A DNA stretch of 64,000 nt from Nitrospirota bacterium (GCA_963701855.1 CAVPBK010000011.1:32001-96000), one strand, 5' to 3'; counted from the stretch's first letter, positions 44,617 through 57,166 are shown. The notes: generated by a model not told the origin, from the sequence alone. A program made the numbers and translations.

Positions 44617-47600
44617 CTACTGCCAGCTCGCGGCCAAGACGGTCTGTACCTCCTGTGGCCGTTGATCGATCGCCTGATCCCACGTGAGGTTGGTTTGTAT
44701 GGAGAACCCGGCCATGGCCTGAATCAATTGATCAACTTGTGCGCTGAGCAGCGTTTGGCCATTGCCGGCCTGCAGCGTTTCGATCCGACTGCTCGTGCCG
44801 ACATACCAGTTCTGCACCGTGATCTGGTCGGACGAACCATGAATCTTGATGCGCAGATCGTTGGCCTGGCGGCTGATCACTAGATCCAGGGGATTGATCG
44901 TGGCTCCAAAGAGCGCTCGGTCTTGGTTTCCCGAGGACGAATCGACATCACAGATCCTGTCTTGGCCATCGCCTCGTGCGAAGTTGTAGAGATCGTTGCC
45001 AGACCCGCCCGTTAGCTGATCGTTGCCTGTACCGCCCGTAAATTGGTCAGCCCCACTGTCGCCAGTGAGCACATCGTTGCCCATTCCGCCGAGCAGCTGA
45101 TCCTCGCCCGATCCACCGTCGAGCGTATCTGTGCCGTCGCCGCCATTGAGCAGATCGTTCCCGCTGCCGGCGTTCAGTGAATCGTTGCCAAGTCCGCCTA
45201 GGAGCTGGTCGTCACCGCTGCCACCAAAGAGGCTGTCATTGCCATCGCCGCCATCCAGCATGTCGTTGCCTGAACCGCTATCGAGGCTGTTATTCCCGCT
45301 GTTGCCGATAAGGATATTGTTGGTCGAACTCCCTGTACCGTTGATGTTCGGCGTGCCCGTCAGGGTGAGGTTTTCCACGTTATTCCCCAATGTCCAGGTC
45401 ACCGAGCTTTGGACCGTATCGGTTCCGCCATTGAGATTCTCCACGACCGTGTCTCCAGCCCCAACGACATAAGTATCGTTGCCAGCGCCGCCAGTCAGCA
45501 CATTGGTCCCACGATTGCCTGTGAGGATGTTGTCCAACGCGTTGCCAGTCCCGTTCAGATTGGCCGTGCCGGTGAGGGTGAGATTTTCCATATTGGCGCC
45601 AAGGGTATAAGTGATGCTGCTCTGCACTGTATCTGTGCCTCCGTTGGCCAATTCGGTCACGACATCGCCGGCCAGGTTGACGACATAGGTGTCGTTGCCG
45701 ATCCCGCCAACCATGCTATCGTTGCCGGTCCCGCCGTCAAGTAGGTCGTTGCCGTCGCCTCCTTGCAACCTGTCATTAGCGGCCAACCCAAACAGCTGAT
45801 CGTTGCCGGCTCCACCCGTAAGCACATCACTTCCGGCAGTCCCCGTCAGAACCTGGTCTTGAATCGTCACGGTCAAGTCGAAGAGATCGGACACGCTCAG
45901 GCTCCCGGCATCGGTTGCGGTGACCTTGATATTCAGCAATCCTGCGTCTCCGCTGCTCGGTGTCCCGTTGAAAGTGCGGGTTGTACTGTTGAAGCTCAAC
46001 CAGGCCGGCAAGGCGCTGCCATTGGCCAAGGTGGCACTGTAGGTCAGCATGTCGCCCAGATCGACGTCAGCAAAAGTGTTCGTCGACACCGTGAAGGTGA
46101 AGGCCGCTCCTGTGGGTGCGGACCGGTCCACGATCGGATTCGCCACCGTGGGCGCATCGTTCACGTTTTGGACGGCCAGGGTGAAGCCGGTCGAGGCACT
46201 CAAGTTGCCTTGGTCGGTCACCGCCACCGTGAGGGCGAGTGTGCCGACGTGTGTATTGCCAGGCGTACCGCTGAACGTACGGGTGATCGAATCAAAACTG
46301 AGCCACGACGGGAGGAGCGCACCACCGGCGAGCGTGGCGCTGTACGTCAGCGCATCCCCAGTATCCACATCCGTAAAGGTGCCGGCCGGTACGACAAAGC
46401 TAAACTGCGCATCTTCCACTGCGGTTTGATTGGCCAACGGAACAGCTACCGTCGGCGCTTCATTTACATTCGTCACGGTGAGATGGAATACATCGGACGC
46501 ACTCAGGTTTTCGCGATCCCTCGCCGTCACACGCAGATCGAGCGCGCCGACCTGGGCGTCGTCAGGCGTGCCGCTGAAGGTGGCTGTCGTCGCATTGAAG
46601 TTCAGCCAGGCAGGCAACAAGGTACCGTCAGCCAGACTGGCGCTCAGCGCGAGCACATCGTCGACATCCTGATCGGCAAAGGTGCCGGCGGGTATCAACA
46701 CGCTGAACGGTGTATCCTCCTGGACTGTCTGATCTGCTAAGGGATTGACAAGGGACGGCGCATGGTTGACGGCGGTCGGAAACAGATCGGCTAGGTTCAT
46801 GGAACTTCCATCGGCAAAGGCCAGCGTTCCCACCACCAGCGAACCATTTGCCCCGGTCGGACCGAAGTTGTTCAGCCGTAGCTGGTCTGTTCCGCTGCTA
46901 CCGACTTGGATTGTGAGCGTCCGTGCAGCTTCATCGCGTGTGAACGTCAGATTGCTTTGAGCGATCCCCGCGCCAAAGAGAATACGATTGCCTTCCCCTC
47001 CACCTGCCACATCCTGAATCGTGTCGTTGCCGTCGCCCAGATTGAACACATAGGTGTCATTGCCCACACCACCAATCAGCAGGTCATCTCCTTGACCTCC
47101 TTCGAGCACATCCGCGCCAAGGCCGCTCTGAAGGGTATCGTTTCCGCCGAGCCCCTTGATGCGATCCGTCGCGCTGCTGCCAGTCAACACGTTGGGTTCG
47201 TTATTCCCTAAAATATCAAATCCCAGATCGATCAACTGTTGATACGTCAATGTCCGGTCGGTGAATTGGAACGTGCCAATGCCCGGATTCGCATACGCAT
47301 CATTCGGATCGAACCCTTCAATGTGGAGTTCGCCTCCCTCTGATCCATAGCGGATTAAGAGTGAGCCAAATCCCAAATTGGGATTGAAGGAGCTGTAGCC
47401 TCCTCCGAAGACAACCGTATTTGAAGCAGGTGCGCCTAGAGCGTGGACGGTATTACTGCTCGACCCTCCTGGGATCACAAGCGTATTCGAACCAGAGCCG
47501 AAAAAGATCAGGTTGTTGGCTGCCGATTGACTATAGAACGTGGTATGGCCGGTTCCCCCAATCAGTGTGTTGTTCCCCCCACCACCAATCAGGACACTGT

Positions 47601-50600
47601 TCCCTGCGCCACCATGTAGGGTATCGTTCCCGACTCCACCGATGAGCGTGTCATTACCAGGACCGGCAAAGAGATTCTGATCAACCCGGACAAGACTTGC
47701 GGCGTAATAATTGAAGAGGTCGAGGGTGAGGCCGTCGGCGAACGAGATAGTGCGGAGACCCGCTGGAGCATTGGCAACGTTGGGTAAAATGATTTGTTCA
47801 TCAGTCGCCTCAACTGAATCCAGTACGATATTTATGCGTTGGACCATGGTTGAGTACAAATCAACCGGGACGAAAGAAAGGTCTGATGGAGTGATCCCAG
47901 GCCCAAAGAGCAGACGATTGCTCTCTCCACTCTCGGCACGGTCACGGATCGTATCGTTGCCATCGCCCCGATTGAAGACATACACATCGATGCCGGCACC
48001 TCCATCTAAGAGATCGTCGCCGATTCCTCCAGTCAGTGTATCGTTGCCATATCCTCCGCCCAGCTCATCAACGCCGCTGCCTCCGTCTAATTGGTCATTG
48101 CCTGATCCTCCGAATAGCTGATCATCTCCCGCGTCTCCCTCTAGGTCGTCATGGCCTGATCCACCCAATAGCAGATCATTACCGCCTCCGCCTGTGACCA
48201 CATCATTCCCGCCTTTCCCGTTATATCGGTCAGGTCCATCAGTCCCGACGAACGTGTCGTTTCCGTCTGTCCCTCCAGGGAAATTCAGCAACTCGTCCAA
48301 GCTCAGATGAATGCCATTCGTAAAGGTGACGCTACCGATGACCGAAGATCCAGCCTGCCCTGTCGGATCATAGTTGGACAGCACAATAGCATCTCCGTTT
48401 GATCCAACTTGGAGAGTCAGGGAATTCGTTCCCTGTACCACCTCAAGATCCCCGAGATTCAGACCACTTCCGAACCGGATTTCATTCATGGCACCAGCCA
48501 CGGCTGTATCTACAATCGTGTCCGCCCCATCTCCACGATCATAGAAATAGATATCGTTGCGCGCACTACCAATCAACGTGTCATTACCCGCACCAGCATG
48601 AAACCGGTTCGAGGCATTTGTCCCGGTGACGACGTTGTTTTGATCCGTGGCGTAAACGTCAATGCCACGATCAATAAGCTGGCTATATGTCAGAGTCGTT
48701 TCAATGCCAAAGTTGTCAAAGGTAAATAGATCGATCGCATGGCGGCCATAGGCGTCATTGGGATCAAAGTTGGGGATGCGAAGCTCGTGCGTCTTTTCAA
48801 CAACCGAGGAATCATTGACCCCGCTAAATACGAGGGTCAAGGCATTCTCTTTCAAGGCCAAGGAGAGATGATCTGAATCGCTCGACAGATTTCCGGCCAC
48901 AACTCGATTCACATCTCCCGTCGAGGAATCGTCAAGGATAGTATCCACCCCTCTCCACTCCCCATAGATATAGGTGTCGTTTCCCGTTCCTCCGTCCAGA
49001 ATGTCGACAACAGATTCGTCAATGGTCGTCCCAAAACCTATTGCTGAGGTTCCGCCGTCGAGGGTGTCATCTCCAGCGCCACCGGTGATGACGTTGGCAT
49101 CGGAACTACCGCTAAGGAAATTATCAAGGGCATTCCCTGTGGCAGCGTGAGGTCCAGATATGATGAGATCTTCAACATTGTCTGGCAGAGTAAAGTCGAC
49201 AGAGCTATGGACAGTATCGTGGCCTTCGTCGGGCGCTTCCTCCACCACATCTCCGAGATCGTTTACACCATAAACATCGTCGCCGGCTAATCCAATGAGC
49301 TCATCGGGAAATCCGTTATACCCGGGCAAGTAATCCGCTCCACTGGTCCCCACCTGCCGGCTATCCCCGGCTTGATTGTGAATGGTAGTCGAGTCCCACA
49401 CCGTTCCATCGGCAAATTGCACTTGGAAGAAATGATTCACATAGAACGAGGGAAGCGTGAGGGTATCCAGGCCGCCACTAAGATTGAGCGTGATGGTTTG
49501 GTCAACACGCCCGACAATCACATCGCTGGGCAAGACACCAGCAGACATCTGAATGGTATAGGTTCCGCCCTGACTGGTGTCGATGATGTCTTGCCCGCTG
49601 CCAGCACCGAATGCATACGTGTAGGAGCCGGGTGCGCCAACGAACAGATCGTTCCCTGTTCCGCCATCGACAACATCGGTTCCGCCTTCGCCATACATGA
49701 CATCATCGCCCACGCCCCCAAAGAACTGATCGTTTCCGCTGCCGCCACGGAGTGTATCGTTCCCCTCACCGCCGACCAACGAATCATCGCCGGCGCCACC
49801 ACGCAGGAAGTCGTTGCCATCGCCACCCAGTACTGAATCGTTGCCATCTCCGGCATCGACAGAATCGTCTCCAGTGCCTGCGTCAATGGTATCGCCGCCG
49901 GCCTCCCCTTCAAGACTATCGTTCCCAGCATCGCCGTTTAGTACATCATTCCCATCGCCGCCCTGCATGATGTCGTCACCCGTCCCCCCGGACAACTGGT
50001 CGACGCCTCCGTTGCCAACGATCACATCATTGCCGCCGCCCCCATCGAGAACATTGTCGATGGCTCCTCCGGTGAGTGCATCGTTTCCATCCAGACCAAA
50101 AATCCCGCGGTAGATTTCACCGCCGTTCAACACATCATCGCCGGCTGTCCCCAGCAGATCGAATCCGCGTGCGATGAGCTCGGTATGGGTCAGTGTCGTG
50201 CCGTCGGCGAACTCGAATCGCTCGATGCCTGTCGGGACGGAGGGATTGGCCAGGTCGAATCCTTGAATGTGAATAGCATCGCCATTCGAGCCCACGCGTA
50301 TCAGCAACGACCCACTGCCGATACTGATATCCTGTTCCGTAATGCCGGCTCCGAACACCAGCCTGTCTCCCTCCCCTTCGGTATCCTGAATCGTTTCGAT
50401 CCCATCACCGAGGTTGAAGACATAGGTATCGGCGCCGGTGCCCCCGATCAATGTATCGATACCAACTCCACCGACCAGCACATCGTTTCCATCACCGCCA
50501 ACCAGTGTATCGAACCCATCTCCACCAAACAGAGTGTCGTTCCCTTCCTCTCCAAACAGCTGATCATCTTCGGTCCCGCCCCACAGCACATCGTCGTCCG

Positions 50601-53600
50601 AACCTCCGTATAGTTGATCGATGCCGCTCCCGCCATCCAGCACGTCCGTGCCCTCATTGCCTCGCAGGAGATCCTGATCGGCTCCGCCAAAGAGCACATC
50701 GTCGCCGCGTCCTCCAGCTAGTGTGTCGTTGCCAGTTCCGCCATCCAGCCAATCGTTTGCTCCAGTCGGATCGTCGAGGAAATCTCCGTATAGGGTGTCG
50801 TTGTCCGCCCCACCGATGAGCGTGTCTGCATTGCCTCCACCATACAGTCGGTCGTCGCCCGCTCCTCCATCCAGGAGATCCTTGCCGGCCTCGACCCCGT
50901 CAATCGTCTGATCATCTCCATAGAGCGTATCGTCCTCCGAGCCACCGAGCAGCACATCATCTCCCGCATCGCCTTGGAGATAGTCATCGCCTTCGCCGCC
51001 GTCGAGATAATCGGTCCCGCCTGTAACACTGTTGAATACTGTCCCCGGCAACGGCGTCACAATTCCAGGGTACTGGAGAAAGATGTAGGAATGCGTCGGA
51101 GGCTTGGTCGCCGTAGAGATGGTCTGCCCCGCTGCCACCAAAGAGCACGTCGTTGCCGCGCAGTCCGGCAAGCCAATCGTCCCCAGCTTCGCCGGCAAGA
51201 TAATCGTTTCCGATGGTAGTCGCCCCTAACTCAATCGATTCTCCCGAGAGGCTATCATTCCCAATCCCACCGAAAACCACATCGTCGCCCGAGCCGCCAT
51301 CGAGAAAATCGTTGCCGAGCCCGCCATATAGCACATCCTGCCCAAGGCCACCTTTTATCAAGTCAATGTCAGCCCCGCCGTCGACAACGTCATCCCCTTC
51401 AACGGCGAAAATGAGATCCCGCCCTGCTTCGCCATAGATCCGGTCATTCCCTTTTCCCCCGTGCAGTTCATCATGCCCGCCACCGCCAAAAATTTGGTGA
51501 TTGAAGAGCGCGCTGCTGACTTCGAGATCGAGAATATCGTTCCCGCCGAACCCGTGTACAATGTGATTGGCCGCCGCGGTAAAGAAGGGCGTGTTATCCG
51601 TCTCATCGCCGTCATAGGTCACCGTCGGTTGCCCATTCTCATAATTAATCACCGATGGGGTGGCATCGGGAAGCGCAGACAGATCCCGTAGCGTGATGTC
51701 GAGATCGCCCGGTTGCCAATCTTGAATGGTGACGTGCCCATTGATCGTGAGCGTGCTGCCACTTTGCACAAATGTATATTGACCATCCGAACTCTTGTAC
51801 GTGTTGGCCGCTTCACCCACGCGTCGGATACCACCGACCATCATCTGCCCATTGACCAATAGTCGGCCCTGGTCATCACCGTCTTCAATGGTATCGGTCC
51901 CATCGGCATTGAGCACATAGGTGTCGAAGCCCAGGCCTCCGTTCAACCGATCGCTCCCGGTGGTGCCGTCGAGCCAATCATTGCCACTGTCCCCTTGGAG
52001 ATAGTCATTCCCGCCATAGCCAAGAAGCTGATCGGTCCCCTCACCGCCATAGAGATGATCGTCGGTCAGATCATGCCCACCCAGCGTATCAGTATCGGCT
52101 CCCCCGAAGAGATACTCGCGTTGGAAAAGTGGAGCGATTACAGCGGATGATGGCACGTCAGATCCCGACGCGATATCTTGGTAATGGCTAATGGCCAATA
52201 GGTCGCTTGGGTATTGCTGATTGTTGATCGTGAGATCGAGTTTGGCGAGGAGAAAGGCCGCGCGATCCGTCAGGTACTGATCCGTCATATCGCCGAAGCC
52301 GGTCGCGGAATCATTGAGCGCCAGAACGCCATTCGCTGTATGGCCTAAGCCGACGTAATCGACGCCGATGATCGCAAAGGGGTTGAGCGCCCGCAGAGCA
52401 TACCGATAGGCAAGGCCACTATCTCCGGGATCTTGCGCGGCGGCTTTTAGCTCAGCCGCCGTGAGGCGTGGAACGACCTGCCCCTGGCTATCCACCTGCA
52501 CCAGTGGCTCAATGGAGAAGGTTTGATTCGCCGACAGCCGCTTGCACCTCTGCCAGATGCGTGTAAAACTCCGTGCGCGCACCGAGATCGCCAAACCCGC
52601 CGGTGTCATCGTTGAAGTCGGTCTTTTTGTCTGACCGCATTCGGCACAAAGAGCATCCGAAGCCCATCCAAGGCCCGCTCCAAGGTATCGCCCTCGGCCG
52701 TATGCTCTTCAACGGCGAGGGCCAACGTATCGGCCCGCGCCGCTGACGCGGCTTTGAAGATATTCTCAATATCCGTTTGTATCAAATCCTGGTCGAGGCT
52801 CTCATAGAGCACTTGCAGGGATAAGGAATCGACGAGCAAGGTAATACTGTGGGCGTTGCCATAGTCGCGAAAGGGGTTTGGGAGACCTTCTACAAGCGGC
52901 TGGCCTTCAATCAGCACAGCCTGTACCGGCCCATGTACGCCGGAATTGGCGACAAGCTGCACGTCGCCACCCGTGACACTGGACCCAAAGAATTGGGTGA
53001 TCTTTTGAAACGCCCCGTCGGTCCGCGTCACGCCTCCTGTCAATCCACCTGTTGGCAAACTGGCCGTCCCCGTCGTCTGAAACTGCCCCGCAACCTGAAT
53101 CACGGCCGGCTGATACCAGGACAGCGTTTGCACGTTGGCCGGTGACCCACTGCGTGTGAGATTACCCGCAGGGTCGAACTCCACAAACTTCGCGTCCATC
53201 GCGTCGATGAGCTGTTTGATACGGATCTCTTCCGTGAGCACCGGGGTCACGCCGCCAACCTGCCCTATACCTGCTCCATTAAAGATGTATGTGTGTTGAA
53301 TGTCGTTCGTGTGGAGTTCGGTAAAGACCGTTGCGAGATGCCCGCCAAGGGAATAACCCGTCACGTTGAGAATGGCGCCAGGCGGAAGTTTCAGCGGATT
53401 CGCTTTCAGCTCCTGATAGTACCGCTCCATACTCACCAATTGCCCTAAGGCAAACCCTCCTCCAGCGATCTCACCTGCCGCACCCCCTTGCCCATCCCGC
53501 TCATAGTCGCCACCCTGTGCTTGGTTCTGGTACTCCAAACTGCGGAAGGACAGGGTGTACGTGTTGGTCGTGGTATCTTTCAGCAGCGTGGCCGAAAATC

Positions 53601-53835
53601 CTGTGGCATCGTTGGCGTGGTGGTCGATGATGTCGTATTTCGTGATAAATCGGTCAGCAAGCACGTTGGTAAACCGGGTAGCTCCAAGAAGCGGTCCAGT
53701 AGGCGGATCAAAACCGAATCTGTTATTCCCTCGAGTCAATTGCGATTGGAGACCGCCAGGATCATTCAAGTAGCTCTCGGCAGCCATTTGCTGAAGCGCG
53801 AAGTCTAGCCAAGTAGAAATCTGTGACTGTGGCAT
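44617..53835 (-). CDS. Giant (~3000 aa) lipase-RTX protein with three cadherin/He_PIG-like Ig domains; about three apparent frameshifts
   Basis: N-terminal TGFSATL...SFRSLE...VTGYSLGGHLA (GxSxG); ORFs 52606-53844, 52509-52769, 50984-52609, 44617-51198 join; NxAP...LP.WL.F...TFSGTP repeats at ~45.9-46.8 kb; shared ...VLAASWQ C-terminus. Confidence 0.8.
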
Positions 53836-53847
53836 GGTGAGCACCCC

Positions 53848-54771
53848 CTACTTTTGCTCGGCGATCGGTCTCAAGATTTTTTGAATAAACTGCGAGGAGC
53901 TCAATGCTTTCTTGACAGGACATACCTGTCCCCCCAGCCACCAAATACCCGTGAGATTTCGTACGCCACCGCTGCGAATGAATCCACGGCGGACGCCTAG
54001 GACATCATTGGTTTGAAGATCCATTACTAATAGTTCTCCTCCCACAATTCCAAGCTCTCGATCATGCGGGCGTGGAATCCCTCTCCAAATGTAGCCATAC
54101 CGGCTTTTCAGCGAAAGCACACCTTCCGTTTTCACAATGTAGGGGACACGATGACTTCGTGTTCCATCCATGTAGACATAGTCTTTCTTACTTTCTTTCT
54201 CGGAGCCTCGAAAATACCGCACGTATGGCTGTGAAGAGTCCTTCTCATCCTTTGTGTGCGGTAATTCCATGAACTGGTACTGACCAAACGGCGGCTGCAC
54301 GAAATAGTCATGTGGATTGGGGTCATCAGTAGCATCATATGGGTCCTCCAACGCGTACAGATGCTCCAACTCATAATCTGACGCCTCTTTTCGCGGTCGC
54401 ATCATATAAATCCCTTCCACATTCTCCACCGTCTTGTAGATAAACTCCCCCGCTTCCGTCTTGCAGAGATGGTCGAAGTACTCCTGTGGCGTCATGCCCG
54501 GCTTGTAGCCACTGTCCTCCGGCACGGGGTTGGGAATCTTGATCGAATGCGCGAAGCGCCCTTCTTCCGTCGCCAGAGGATCGGCGGGCTTGAGCTTCAG
54601 GATGTCACACCGCCGATTGGCCGTATCGATCTTGTGCGTCGCGCAGTACTCGGCCTTCTTCTTCATCGCCTTCTCGAATCGCTCGCCAGGTGTCTCACCG
54701 TTCGCCACATTGACTTGACCAAGTAGCGTGAGTAGGCATCCGAGTACGAACAAACTGGCAATCTTATGCAT
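53848..54771 (-). CDS. Exported Cys-containing protein, candidate immunity protein for the lipase-RTX
   Basis: Signal peptide MHKIASLFVLGCLLTLLGQVNVANG; stop 12 bp before the lipase-RTX start; immunity role inferred from context. Confidence 0.65.
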   Translation of the reverse strand: MHKIASLFVLGCLLTLLGQVNVANGETPGERFEKAMKKKAEYCATHKIDTANRRCDILKLKPADPLATEEGRFAHSIKIPNPVPEDSGYKPGMTPQEYFDHLCKTEAGEFIYKTVENVEGIYMMRPRKEASDYELEHLYALEDPYDATDDPNPHDYFVQPPFGQYQFMELPHTKDEKDSSQPYVRYFRGSEKESKKDYVYMDGTRSHRVPYIVKTEGVLSLKSRYGYIWRGIPRPHDRELGIVGGELLVMDLQTNDVLGVRRGFIRSGGVRNLTGIWWLGGQVCPVKKALSSSQFIQKILRPIAEQK

Positions 54772-54816
54772 GGTCACCCCATCATCGAAATAGAAGTATT
54801 TCGGAACCAATACTGT

Positions 54817-55224
54817 CGGAACCTAAACGGTGTCAGGAACAGTTTTCTACGAGTACTTTCCGGGGACGGCCTTCATTGCGTATCGTGGAGACGAGACCGA
54901 ACCGCTCGATCGTCGCGGCCACCCATTCCAGTTCGCCGAATGGCTGACTGCGGACCACACTCTGCCGCAGACGCCTCAGCTCCTCTCCCGCTTCGTCCGC
55001 ATTCACCCAGCCCACCCAATCGGAACCTAAACGGTGTCAGGAACAGTTTTCCATGAGTACTTTCCGGGGACGGCCTTCATTGCGTATCGTGGAGACGAGA
55101 CCGAACCGCTCGATCGTCGCGGCCACCCATTTCAGTTCGCCGAATGGCTGACTGCGGACCACACTCTGCCGCAGACGCCTCAGCTCCTCTCCCGCTTCGT
55201 CCGCATTCACCCAGCCCACCCAAT
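54817..55224. repeat. 204-bp tandem duplication of the transposase 3' end and its flanking repeat
   Basis: 54817-55020 and 55021-55224 nearly identical (TTCTAC/TTCCAT and ATTCCA/ATTTCA differ). Confidence 0.92.
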
Positions 55225-55782
55225 CAGTCGGTCGCGCGATTGGCCACTCACTCACCAAGGTGTGCTGCTGGGTGCCTCCGTTGGTCTTTCGCCACAGGCT
55301 ACTCCACTGCCACGCTTCCGCTCGCTCAACCAGTCCAGCTCGGAGTGCGTTGCGCTCCACGTAGCGACACACTGTCACCAGATGCTCGTCCGTCTGGACT
55401 ACGAAGGATTTGAACCGGCCTTGATAGAGATGTCCTGTTCCCACCGTCTGCCGATGGGTATGCCACCGCTGCGTATGGGTGAGCGTGAGCCAGTTCATAA
55501 ATCGCGACAGGTCGCCATCCTGTTGTGGCCAGACGACGAGATGCCAGTGGTTGGGCATGACACAGTAGGCCAACAGTCGCATCGACACGCGTTCACAGGC
55601 CTGCATCAAGACCCGTTCAAATGCACTAAAGTCGCCGTCGTCGTCGAACAGACGCTGTCGCCCATTCGCGCGATTCAGCACGTGATAGACCAGCCCGCCA
55701 GGTGCAACTCGTAAGGGGCGTCCCATTGTGATCGCTACGCCATCTTCCTTAGGCAGTTAGAAAACTGTTCCTGACACCGTTT
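54825..55782 (-). mobile_element. RAYT/Y1 transposase element bounded by 25-bp inverted repeats
   Basis: AAACGGTGTCAGGAACAGTTTTCTA (54825-54849) is the exact reverse complement of 55758-55782; near-copy at 55029. Confidence 0.8.
55037..55726 (-). CDS. REP-associated tyrosine transposase (HUH Y1, IS200-like superfamily)
   Basis: YHVLNRAN, AYCVMPNHWHL (HUH), GHLYQGRFKS, YVERNALRAGL, WQWSS. Confidence 0.92.
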   Translation of the reverse strand: MGRPLRVAPGGLVYHVLNRANGRQRLFDDDGDFSAFERVLMQACERVSMRLLAYCVMPNHWHLVVWPQQDGDLSRFMNWLTLTHTQRWHTHRQTVGTGHLYQGRFKSFVVQTDEHLVTVCRYVERNALRAGLVERAEAWQWSSLWRKTNGGTQQHTLVSEWPIARPTDWVGWVNADEAGEELRRLRQSVVRSQPFGELKWVAATIERFGLVSTIRNEGRPRKVLMENCS

Positions 55783-55787
55783 CTTTG

Positions 55788-56813
55788 TCATTGGCCTCCT
55801 ATACACACATTCATGACCTGTACTCGATATCGTGGATCACGCAGATTGGGATCCCATGGATTCTTGATAAAAGCAAGCTTGCAGCCATCCGGGGAGACAA
55901 TGCCCCAGTCCACGACGTAAGGAAGAATCCTGGCAACGTTCTCCACCTGTATCTGATAGAGACCGGCCTTCCCGACATTCCCCAAACCAGGGTGGCTGCG
56001 GGAGATGAAATAAAGGCCCCCTTTTGTCAAAAGAAACTGCGTCCATCCAATTTGTGCCCAAGGCTTGCCGTCTGGGGAGAAAATCTGCTCTAGCTTGCCA
56101 CTCGGATGAAGCAACCAGAGGGGGGGAGCATCAGGCGTACTCCTATCACCACGAAGTAGATAGGCATCCATAAAAGGATAATATGTGATGCTGGGATTGA
56201 CATAGCGACTTTCCAAGCCCAGCGAGATCGGCTGTGTGGCATCAGTTCGATAATAGAGCATGGGCAACTTACTCCGACGGTCCTCCCCGTCGACCCCCCG
56301 ATCGATGTAACCATGCTCATCGAGCAGCGGAACCTTGGAGGTTGATGTGTGCCCATTAACAACCCAGAGAGGCGGGTGAGTTGTCGCAGGACGACAACTG
56401 ATCGGATGAATCCATACTCCCTCAGGAAGCGTGACTTCCTCTCCACCGACAAACGCCCGGCGTTTTGAGCTTTTCCCATCCGCCGAATAACGCACAACAT
56501 AGGACTTGGTATGGCCATTGATGCATTCCGGCGAAGCGTGTTCGAACCGTGGATCCTTTTCCACTGTGTCACGCTCGATATCCCAGACGTAGTAACCGTG
56601 GTTGAGCAACCGTATTTCCGTTCCAGGGCCAAACTCACGCCCTGTAAATCCGAGAAACAGCACGTGGGTATTGTCGAGCCAGTACGGCTGCCTATCATCT
56701 GCTGAGATGGCTGCTTCTTTAACAGGAAACGTCATGGCGGTCGCTCCCCAGGCACAGGACCACAAGTTGAGACAGCACACTCCGATTACGACGCGCATGG
56801 TCTGTAGTGTCAT
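55788..56813 (-). CDS. Exported hypothetical protein (possible beta-propeller; second immunity candidate)
   Basis: GAGGA RBS, signal peptide, YWLDNTHVLF and VSPDGCKLAF TolB-like motifs. Confidence 0.6.
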   Translation of the reverse strand: MTLQTMRVVIGVCCLNLWSCAWGATAMTFPVKEAAISADDRQPYWLDNTHVLFLGFTGREFGPGTEIRLLNHGYYVWDIERDTVEKDPRFEHASPECINGHTKSYVVRYSADGKSSKRRAFVGGEEVTLPEGVWIHPISCRPATTHPPLWVVNGHTSTSKVPLLDEHGYIDRGVDGEDRRSKLPMLYYRTDATQPISLGLESRYVNPSITYYPFMDAYLLRGDRSTPDAPPLWLLHPSGKLEQIFSPDGKPWAQIGWTQFLLTKGGLYFISRSHPGLGNVGKAGLYQIQVENVARILPYVVDWGIVSPDGCKLAFIKNPWDPNLRDPRYRVQVMNVCIGGQ

Positions 56814-57166
56814 TGCATCCTCTGTCTGTAGTGATGTCAGTCATCGATGACGACCATCTGAGAAATACTTCCATTTATTCGATGTCCTATCTTAAAAAGT
56901 GGCGCACTTGTAAGTAATGCCAGCCCATACTGTCAAACCCCCACGCCAACCAATTGCTGGCCGGTTTCATCCAACCTGTCGTCAAAGCTGAGCGTCGGAT
57001 GATTCGCATAATCGTTGACGAGCACGTTAATCATTGCCTCCCCCATCCAGTGGCACTAGAATCTGGAACAATTTACTCGCACAACCCTGGACCTGATCGC
57101 TGTCGATTCGTTGTCTACTCACGTATTCAATATCTCTCATCCTCGGTGTACAGACAGACGATCAGT

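Noticed and set aside
23353..45000. Diversity-generating retroelement TR/VR pairs among the repeated C-termini
   Set aside because: No reverse transcriptase in the window and differences are not adenine-specific
54817..55224. CRISPR array
   Set aside because: The intervening sequences are also duplicated, so there are no unique spacers; no cas genes in the window
56933..57034. 33-aa minus-strand ORF with GGAGG RBS (MINVLVNDYANHPTL...)
   Set aside because: No recognisable motif; cannot be distinguished from chance or a gene remnant
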